Shown: in pieces, positions 51,262 through 58,227 of the stretch
How positions within the stretch are numbered: the stretch's first letter is position 1
Layout: every line of letters begins with the position of its first letter
Assembly (NCBI GenBank): GCA_964615905.1
Contig: CAZTUB010000002.1
Span: 154,538-218,537 of the forward strand
Source of the DNA: an uncultured Clostridia bacterium
GTDB taxonomy: Bacteria; Acidobacteriota; Blastocatellia; UBA7656
Reading direction: 5' to 3'
DNA: 64,000 nucleotides
Translations under genes and position numbers: made by a program
The notes under the pieces: generated by a model
Database searches by the model: none
What the model was told of the DNA's origin: nothing
Seen by the model: the letters and a program-made list of their open reading frames with translations, nothing else

Positions 51262-51690
51262 ATGCGAGAGCGACCGAATAATTCGGGCGGCAAGGACCGT
51301 GACCGGGACATAAGCAGAAAAACGCCCTTTTTGGAGCTTGTTGTCGCCGTGATAGGTCTTTTGCTCATAGCGGCAACCATGGGCTTTATGGTTTATAGAG
51401 CCGTGTGGGGCAGCCAATCGCCGCCCGACATAGTGGTCACTATAGATTCGATACAACCGGTCAGCAACGGCTACCTCGTAAACATCAATACGGTCAATAA
51501 CGGCGGCATGACCGCGCAAGGGCTGACCATAGAAGCCGAGTTGAGCAGCAACAGCGAGAGCGTCGAGACGAGCGAGATCACCATCGAGTACCTGCCTTCG
51601 TATTCGGAACGAAAGGGCGGAATTTTCTTTACAAACAACCCGGGGGATTTCGAGCTGAAAGTCCGCCCTAAAGGTTACGAGCAACCCTGA
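51262..51690 (+). CDS. TIGR02588-type protein
   Basis: TM helix, PPDIVV, N.GG.TA, YLPSYSERKGGIFF and GYEQP motifs. Confidence 0.8.
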   Translation: MRERPNNSGGKDRDRDISRKTPFLELVVAVIGLLLIAATMGFMVYRAVWGSQSPPDIVVTIDSIQPVSNGYLVNINTVNNGGMTAQGLTIEAELSSNSESVETSEITIEYLPSYSERKGGIFFTNNPGDFELKVRPKGYEQP

Positions 51691-51700
51691 TGCGGGCTCG

Positions 51701-52354
51701 TCAGTCCTTAGAAAAGGCTGTGGTCTTTATCATCAGCACTCCGAGCAGCGAATTCCAAATAGCCTGCGCGAAGACCAGAATGCCAAAGCCGTGCACGTTC
51801 AAGCGGAGGTGACCGGAGAAAAACGCCGCGAGGCTGACTAACCCGATGACCAGACCCAGCAGCCCGACGATCTTTGCGAACGTCCCGGCTCTCAGTATCA
51901 AGATCGACCAGAAGACCACCGCGAACGACGAAGCTACAACAAAGACCTTCGCGAACGCCTGGTTGAGAAGCAGGTTGTAATCCAATACGAGATGCAACAT
52001 CTCTTGCGACGGCCCTTCGCTTGTCAGTATGTCTCGCGTAAGCGTGGGCGCGACCAGACCGTTGAGCGTCGCCGCGCACAGGACGGCCACAGCGCCGAAG
52101 CTGTAGACGACGAAGGCCGCCCAGGCGAGCGCGTGATCTGAAAGACGGCGGGTCAGACCTAGAAGCCCAAACGTCACGACGGGAGTGCTTGCGAGCGCGA
52201 GCGAGTGCGTCAGCACCGTGATCATCTCAAATCTTCGAGCGACCTCGTCAGGCTGGCCGAGCAGGTCGCGGCCCGTGGGGTGAAAGATCATCGTCGCGAC
52301 CATCCCCAGCGAACCGGCGATGAGCGCAAGTCCGTAGATAGACCGGTGCTTCAT
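51701..52354 (-). CDS. Multi-pass membrane protein (possible TetR-regulated target)
   Basis: About six TM segments and conserved-looking FHPTG. Divergent from tetR. Confidence 0.7.
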   Translation of the reverse strand: MKHRSIYGLALIAGSLGMVATMIFHPTGRDLLGQPDEVARRFEMITVLTHSLALASTPVVTFGLLGLTRRLSDHALAWAAFVVYSFGAVAVLCAATLNGLVAPTLTRDILTSEGPSQEMLHLVLDYNLLLNQAFAKVFVVASSFAVVFWSILILRAGTFAKIVGLLGLVIGLVSLAAFFSGHLRLNVHGFGILVFAQAIWNSLLGVLMIKTTAFSKD

Positions 52355-52484
52355 TAACAGTCTCCCTTTCAACCTAAGAATATCCCTTGAGTCTATTAAA
52401 AGCGGCGCAGGCTGTCAGCAGATAAGCCCGCGCCGAATGTTTCATAATGGACAAATCGACCGACTTTGTTTGAAAATGTGAGCC

Positions 52485-53081
52485 ATGACCGCCGAAAGTA
52501 AGAAAGCTGACCGCAGGTCGTCGCGCACGCGGCGCTCTTTGCGAGATGCCTTGATCGAGCTGATCCTTGAGAAGCGCTACGACTCTATCACAGTGCAGAA
52601 CGTAATCGACCGGGCGGACGTCGGGCGGTCGACCTTCTATGCTCATTACCGCGACAAAGAAGACCTCTTTTTAAGCGACTGGGAAGCGATGCTCGACCGG
52701 TTCGCCCGGCGCATAGAATGGCATGATGCAAGCGCGCACAGCATTGTCCCGATAGCCGGTCTGTTTAGCCACGTGCAGGAGGCGCACCATTTTTACCTGG
52801 CGATGGCCAGGTCGAGAAAGACCGATTGGCTCTTTAAGACAGGACAGAGTTACCTGAAGCAGAGCATAGAGAATTCGCTCGCGCCGTTCCTTGCGGACAA
52901 GCCCCGTCCGTCGGTGCCGAAGCCTCTCCTGGCGAACTATCTTGCGAGCGAGATACTGGCGCTGCTCAGGTGGTGGCTCGATAACAATATGCCTTACACG
53001 CCTGAGCGGATGGACGAGATTTTTCACGAGCTGGTGATGCCAGGGTTTCGCGCAAGCTTAGGAGCCGGGCAGGATGATTAG
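52485..53081 (+). CDS. TetR/AcrR family transcriptional regulator
   Basis: RTRRSLRDALIEL...ITVQNVIDRADVGRSTFYAHYRDKEDL HTH. Confidence 0.92.
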   Translation: MTAESKKADRRSSRTRRSLRDALIELILEKRYDSITVQNVIDRADVGRSTFYAHYRDKEDLFLSDWEAMLDRFARRIEWHDASAHSIVPIAGLFSHVQEAHHFYLAMARSRKTDWLFKTGQSYLKQSIENSLAPFLADKPRPSVPKPLLANYLASEILALLRWWLDNNMPYTPERMDEIFHELVMPGFRASLGAGQDD

Positions 53082-54314
53082 CACAGACGGCGTGTTTTGA
53101 GGGTCGTGAAGCCGCAGGTAATAGTATCCGATTCCGGCGAGGCCGAGCATGAGATTTGGCGCTTCGCCGCCCCCGTTGACGCCGCAAGGCCAGGCAAACC
53201 TGTTCTTCATAAATTGCTCGGCTCCAAGCACGCCTATCTGATCGGCGACCGCCCTGTGCTCGCCGTTTTCAAGCACCGCGCTCGCATATATCAACAGGTC
53301 CGCGTTGCCCGCGTTTCCATGACAGAGCGAAAAATTATTATGGTTATGATAGGTCAGGTTCCTTGTCGTGGTTCTGATAGCTGCTTCCGCTTCGTCGCGG
53401 TAAGACTGGTCGCCGGTCAGCTCAAAGAGCCTCAATCGCGAAAGCCCTATGCCGGGCGCTCCGTGACACCAGGCGACCATATAGCTGAGCGATTGAGCGG
53501 ATGATTCCGAAGTCGCGGTGTAGTTGCGAAGGTCCGGCCAGTTCTCCTGTTCGGGGTTGTACCAGCGCCTTTCATAATAGATGGCCTGCTCGGCTGCGAC
53601 GCGGAACTTCTGCTGCTCGGTTTTCTTGTACAGCTCGAATAACGCCCACGCTATGCCGGCCGTGCCGTGCGAAAAGCCTGTCAGGTCGGGTTGCTGCAAC
53701 TCGGCCGGGGTATTGAATGTGTTCCAGGACCAACCGGCGGCGGTCTTTCTCGCGGCAGCGATGAGGTGCTCTCCGTGCCTGATCGCTTCGTCCAGCAGAT
53801 AATCGTGCCGGTACTTCTGATGGATATTCAGCAGCACGGGAATCACGCCCGCGCTGCCCGCGATAATATCGAGGCCGCTTGCTGATACCTCTTCTTTGGC
53901 TAGGTTTTTAAGGATGCGCAAACCCTTCTCTACAAGCTTTGCGTCGTCGAGTACCTCGCCGATCTTGATAAATGCGTACGCGACGCCTGCGCGCCCGGTG
54001 TAAAACGCCCCGCGAGTTATCTGAGGGATGTCGTCCAATCTCGACGAGCTTTGCCGCAAGGCGGCCTCGGCGGTGAGGCGAAACATCCTCTCGCCCGTCG
54101 CCCGGTACAGGTACGTAAGGTAATAAGCGATCCCGCTCGTGCCGTTATAAAACTCGGGGCCGAATGCGCGGTGTACGAGCGTCCAGGCATTACCCACCGG
54201 CTCGAAAGAATCGCCGAGCCAGTTACACCGGTCTCCTGACCACATGGCGTCGCGGCACAACCTCGCGCCTATGTAATCGGCCGTCTCAATAAATATATCG
54301 CTCGGTTTACTCAT
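53058..54314 (-). CDS. lanC: Stand-alone LanC-like lanthionine cyclase
   Basis: YNGTSGI, DIIAGSAG, GFSHGTAGI (catalytic His), WCHGAPGI and LCHGNAG (Cys/Cys-His Zn ligands), LMLGLAGIG. Confidence 0.9.
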   Translation of the reverse strand: MSKPSDIFIETADYIGARLCRDAMWSGDRCNWLGDSFEPVGNAWTLVHRAFGPEFYNGTSGIAYYLTYLYRATGERMFRLTAEAALRQSSSRLDDIPQITRGAFYTGRAGVAYAFIKIGEVLDDAKLVEKGLRILKNLAKEEVSASGLDIIAGSAGVIPVLLNIHQKYRHDYLLDEAIRHGEHLIAAARKTAAGWSWNTFNTPAELQQPDLTGFSHGTAGIAWALFELYKKTEQQKFRVAAEQAIYYERRWYNPEQENWPDLRNYTATSESSAQSLSYMVAWCHGAPGIGLSRLRLFELTGDQSYRDEAEAAIRTTTRNLTYHNHNNFSLCHGNAGNADLLIYASAVLENGEHRAVADQIGVLGAEQFMKNRFAWPCGVNGGGEAPNLMLGLAGIGYYYLRLHDPQNTPSVLIILPGS

Positions 54315-54320
54315 CGTTGT

Positions 54321-55358
54321 TCAAGCCTGGACGCCTGGGAATGTGTAGACGTTTTGCGACCCCGGATTCAGGTAAGCCCGTTCGAGGTCGATCCGGTAAT
54401 CTTGAAACTGCTTTACCACCTCCTGCAAACGCGCGTGCTCTGTCTTCGCGTCGTGGTTGTGAGCGCGAACTATCCCTTCCGCGAGTATCCGCGAGCGCTG
54501 CGTGCCGAAGCTGTCTTTGTCGCCGGGGTCTTCGGCGAACCCCAGCCCTCGCGCGAGCCGTTTGGCAAAGAGCGGCGTGTCGGGCAACAGGTGCTGCCGG
54601 ACGCTTCTGTGCACGTCTGTCAAAAGCTCCGTCGTTATTCGATAATACCGCTTGCTGACATACAAGACTGCGGAATCGAGCCGCGTGTAAGAATCGGGCG
54701 TCGTCAAACACTTAAACCGAAACGGCAGCTGAAAGCGATTGAGAGATCGGGTAACATGCCGCATCAATTCGGGCGCGCCTGCGGCCTCGACGTTCCAGTA
54801 AAAACGGACAAGGTTGTAATCGTTGGCGTCGTCGATCATCGCCTCGCTAAAGGCCATGTAAAAACCCGGCTGTAGAGTCCTCGACTCTTTCGGGGAAAAG
54901 ACCCTTATGGTTGCGCCGACTCTCAAGGGCATGCCGGGGCCGTCGAGCGTGATAAATTCACCCGCCCAAAAGCTGCGGCTCACACCGTTTTTTTGTGCGG
55001 CTACCTGGCCCGACGGAAGGATTTGAACGACCTGCCACCCAAAATCCCACCGCTCGCGGCTGGCGTTAGCGTCGGACAGAAGCTCGATGAAATCGTTGTC
55101 GGGCGAAGCGCCGGGCCGGTCATCGGGAAGGTCGCCGGTAAACTTATGACAGAAGCAGTAGAAGTACAGATAGTTCGTCAGCAGCGCGACGAGCGGGCTT
55201 TCGGTCTCGACAGGGATAGAGATATTAGCAGGCATGGCCGACTGGTCTATGACGCGGCCACCGAAAGAGAACGAAGTCGGCGACAGGATCGTAACGGCCT
55301 TCAGAATCTTGCGTATCTCTGTGACTACCTGACTTGCCATCCTTACCTCGTCGCTCAC
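54321..55358 (-). CDS. HopA1-like protein (putative phospho-Ser/Thr lyase, LanY-type)
   Basis: RFYWN, FRFKCL, RLDSAVLY, GLGFAEDPG and SFGTQRSRILAEG. Translationally coupled to an APH kinase and a LanC. Confidence 0.8.
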   Translation of the reverse strand: MSDEVRMASQVVTEIRKILKAVTILSPTSFSFGGRVIDQSAMPANISIPVETESPLVALLTNYLYFYCFCHKFTGDLPDDRPGASPDNDFIELLSDANASRERWDFGWQVVQILPSGQVAAQKNGVSRSFWAGEFITLDGPGMPLRVGATIRVFSPKESRTLQPGFYMAFSEAMIDDANDYNLVRFYWNVEAAGAPELMRHVTRSLNRFQLPFRFKCLTTPDSYTRLDSAVLYVSKRYYRITTELLTDVHRSVRQHLLPDTPLFAKRLARGLGFAEDPGDKDSFGTQRSRILAEGIVRAHNHDAKTEHARLQEVVKQFQDYRIDLERAYLNPGSQNVYTFPGVQA

Positions 55359-56449
55359 AAACCCAGCAGCTCGGTTATCGCCTCGTCCGGGCTTTCGAGA
55401 ATATTTAAGCTGACCTGAAGAAGAGAGATCGCGTTGGGCGTTATATGCGGCGACGGGCTCATGTGCTCGTAAACGGTCTGGATCATCCGCGCCGCGCCGT
55501 ACCGCACGCTTTTTTTAAGCAACTCCCTCAGGGTTTTGTTGTCGGCGTCCAGGGACTCCGTGTATGACATCCAGAAAGCTTTTATCGCGGGCTGCATGTC
55601 GTCGATAGGATACTTTGCCTGGTCCATAAGCTGTGAAGGCGGAACGCCAGCGACTGACGGGATAGACAAAAGCCAGCAGGTGATATACGCCTGGAAGATC
55701 GCGCCCGCGTCCCAGCACGCGTCGCCTATGTCGGCCAGCTCCCAATCGACAATCTTTAAGCCCGGCTGCTGGTCGCCGTTCTTGTACAAAACGCAATTCT
55801 CCCATTTTATGTCGCCGTGGATTAAGCAGTTGAACTCGTACTGGTTTTGAAGCCCGTTTAACATCTCGTGGAATTCGGGGAAGCTCTTGACTATGTTGAT
55901 AACCTCGGAATTAGCCGCGCTTATCGGCTCTAAAAAATTCGGGTTCAGCTGGTGCAGTTGCAGAATCCACGGCATGCGCTTCTGAAACAGGGAGATTTTG
56001 GCACTGCCCTTGATCTTCTCGGTTATGTCGCGATGAAACCGGCCCAGGAGCTTGCCGACTTGCGCGGCCGTATCGGCGGGAAATTTGCCGAGCCGCGCGT
56101 GGTAATCGGCAAGATTTTCTCCGTCCTTTAACAACTCCACGACAAGTATATGCCTGCTCGCGTCGTAATCGTGATAACGAGGCATAAGCGGAACGAGCGG
56201 CGCGAACTCTTCGTCCGATTGCGAGAGCTGGTATGTGGTGGCTTCATACTGCAATGTGATGATGGCTTGCTGATCCCACGTCTTGATCTGCTTTAAGAAA
56301 AGGCCGGGGCTGTGGTCTCTCAGGACCATAAAGTTTCGATTGCGGAGCGATTTTTCGACCACGCGGAAGTCGCCGTCGACAACCGATTCGTAAGTTATCA
56401 GCCCGCGCCCCAAAAGATAATGCGCGATGTTTGCCGCCGTCAGTATCAT
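55355..56449 (-). CDS. Aminoglycoside phosphotransferase-fold kinase (putative LanK-type peptide kinase)
   Basis: RNRNF, LFLKQ, LIHGDIKWEN (Brenner motif) and VDWELADIGD motifs. Confidence 0.85.
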   Translation of the reverse strand: MILTAANIAHYLLGRGLITYESVVDGDFRVVEKSLRNRNFMVLRDHSPGLFLKQIKTWDQQAIITLQYEATTYQLSQSDEEFAPLVPLMPRYHDYDASRHILVVELLKDGENLADYHARLGKFPADTAAQVGKLLGRFHRDITEKIKGSAKISLFQKRMPWILQLHQLNPNFLEPISAANSEVINIVKSFPEFHEMLNGLQNQYEFNCLIHGDIKWENCVLYKNGDQQPGLKIVDWELADIGDACWDAGAIFQAYITCWLLSIPSVAGVPPSQLMDQAKYPIDDMQPAIKAFWMSYTESLDADNKTLRELLKKSVRYGAARMIQTVYEHMSPSPHITPNAISLLQVSLNILESPDEAITELLGL

Positions 56450-56613
56450 AAAATCTCAGGCTATCGGATGTTATTCCACTTACTCTCGCCTATGCGCACT
56501 TTTGTGGGAAGCCTTCCGGTATGGAAAGCGGGTATATGTCTTTCTAACGAGATTAATCGCAACCTTGATCGTCTGCGGTTATATCAGAAGTTGAACCCCC
56601 ACAGCAAGAAGTC

Positions 56614-56649
56614 GGCAAGTCTCACTATCGCGAAATAGCGAGACTTGCC
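56614..56649 (-). terminator. Stem-loop between precursor and modification genes (attenuator or RNA-stabilising hairpin)
   Basis: GGCAAGTCTC-A-CTAT / ATAG-C-GAGACTTGCC, 21 nt downstream of the precursor stop. Confidence 0.7.
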
Positions 56650-56669
56650 TTGACGAGGTTACACGGCTG

Positions 56670-57896
56670 CTAATAGCAGCACGCGGTGTGAATGCCCGAA
56701 CAGGGTTGCTGTGCCGTGGGCGGGCAGCACTGAGTGTAGACGCCTGAGCAAGGCGGTTGAGTGATTATGCAGCACTGCGTGCGAATGCCGGAGCAGGGTT
56801 GGTGCGAAATCGGCCCCGGGTCAGGACAGCACGCCGTGTGAATACCAGAGCACGGCTGTTGCGCCGTGGGTGGACAGCAAGCCGTGTAGATGCCTGAACA
56901 AGGAACCTGCGCTGTCGGCGGGCAGCACTGCGTGCGGATGCCCGAACATGGCTGGTGCGAAATCGGCCCTGGGTCAGGACAGCACGCGGTGTGAATGCCC
57001 GAACAGGGTTGCTGTGCCGTGGGCGGGCAGCACTGAGTGTAGACGCCTGAGCAAGGCGGTTGAGTGATTATGCAGCACTGCGTGTGAATGCCGGAGCACG
57101 GCGGCCGCGAGATCGGTGCGGCAGCCTGCAAAGCGTCAGCCTGCAAGCAGCACTGCGTCTGTATGCCTGAGCAGGGCTGGTGCGATACCGGGCTGGGGCA
57201 GCATTGGGTCTGGACCCCTGAACACGGCGGGGCCGAGACGAGGGCCTGTCCCTGCGGGCAACATTGCGTCTGGACTCCCGAACAGGGAGGGTGCGAGACG
57301 ACGCAGCATTGCGTGTAAACGCCTGAGCAAGGCGGGGCGGAGACGAGAGGCCCGACCGCCTGTGCGCCCACTGCTCCCGCCGGACAGCACTGCGTCTGAA
57401 TACCTGAGCAGGGCTGGTGCGATACCGGGCTGGGGCAGCATTGGGTCTGGACCCCTGAACACGGCGGGTGCGAAATTACAGGGCCGGGACAGCACTGCGT
57501 CTGGACTCCTGAGCAGGGTGGAGCGGAGACGGGAGTGGCTGCCTGCGCGCCCGTGCCGGCTTGATACTGCTGCTGTATTCGGCCCTCCAGAAATTTGGCC
57601 TTCGGTCGGTCACCACCGGCTTTCCCATGCGTCACATCCGCGTCGCGATTTATCCAGACATAACTGCCGCCAAGCGGCGACTGCTCTGCCGGAAGCTCGA
57701 CGGTGTGCAAAACCGCATCCTGGGGAATCTCTACGTAATCGCTCAATTGCGGATCGAGGTAGAGCCTTATGTGGTCTTCCTCAGAAGAGGCCCCCAAATA
57801 CCCCTGTAATAGCAACGCATCCGGTGGATTATTCGGGTCCTTGACTATCTGATCAACGAAGCTGGCTGTTTTGTTATTTCCTGTTTGTCGAGGCAT
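56670..57896 (-). CDS. Giant multi-repeat RiPP (lanthipeptide-like) precursor: ~120-aa leader plus 16 Cys/Ser/Thr-rich units
   Basis: GGAGGA RBS. Cys-free leader followed by 16 copies of P-C-S-G-[V/I]-x-T-[Q/A]-C-C. First gene of the kinase-lyase-cyclase operon. Confidence 0.85.
   Translation of the reverse strand: MPRQTGNNKTASFVDQIVKDPNNPPDALLLQGYLGASSEEDHIRLYLDPQLSDYVEIPQDAVLHTVELPAEQSPLGGSYVWINRDADVTHGKAGGDRPKAKFLEGRIQQQYQAGTGAQAATPVSAPPCSGVQTQCCPGPVISHPPCSGVQTQCCPSPVSHQPCSGIQTQCCPAGAVGAQAVGPLVSAPPCSGVYTQCCVVSHPPCSGVQTQCCPQGQALVSAPPCSGVQTQCCPSPVSHQPCSGIQTQCCLQADALQAAAPISRPPCSGIHTQCCIITQPPCSGVYTQCCPPTAQQPCSGIHTACCPDPGPISHQPCSGIRTQCCPPTAQVPCSGIYTACCPPTAQQPCSGIHTACCPDPGPISHQPCSGIRTQCCIITQPPCSGVYTQCCPPTAQQPCSGIHTACCY
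56677..57468. repeat. Exact internal duplications in the precursor gene
   Basis: 105 bp identical at 56677-56781 and 56980-57084. 66 bp identical at 57166-57231 and 57403-57468. Confidence 0.85.
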
Positions 57897-58227
57897 GAGT
57901 CGATTCCTCCGTCGAAGTGATTAACACCATGGGTGAGGTTCTTATGCCAAAGAATCGCAGAAGGTAATAAGTCTTACTGCCTTTGTTTGTACGTGCTATC
58001 ATCCGCGTCTCTAGCAAGATGCCTGCCCGTATTGGGACGCTTGAACCCTTGAGATTGCTGCGATACTAACTGAGAGACGGGCATTATAATCCAAATCACC
58101 GAATCTGAGAAGTAATGTTCGTTTCTTTCGGTCGACAAGGGCAGATCACATTGGACCCTGTTGGCAAGTAGGCGACAGATTCTGTTATGATGCCCCGGAA
58201 TCTACGAGCTGCGGAGTAATAGGATCA

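Noticed and set aside
54321-55358. Type III secretion effector (from the HopA1 family name)
   Set aside because: No T3SS genes nearby. Coupling to an APH kinase and LanC fits the known RiPP lyase role of HopA1-like proteins.
55355-56449. Aminoglycoside resistance gene
   Set aside because: The APH fold is shared by RiPP kinases, and operon context points to peptide modification.
56670-57540. Regularly spaced repeats that could be taken for a CRISPR array
   Set aside because: The repeats are in-frame codons of one ORF with wobble variation, the spacers are themselves repeated, and there are no cas genes.
57116-57844. Plus-strand 242-aa repeat ORF opposite the precursor
   Set aside because: Antisense shadow of the repeat gene with no RBS. 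The minus-strand ORF has a strong RBS and operon context.
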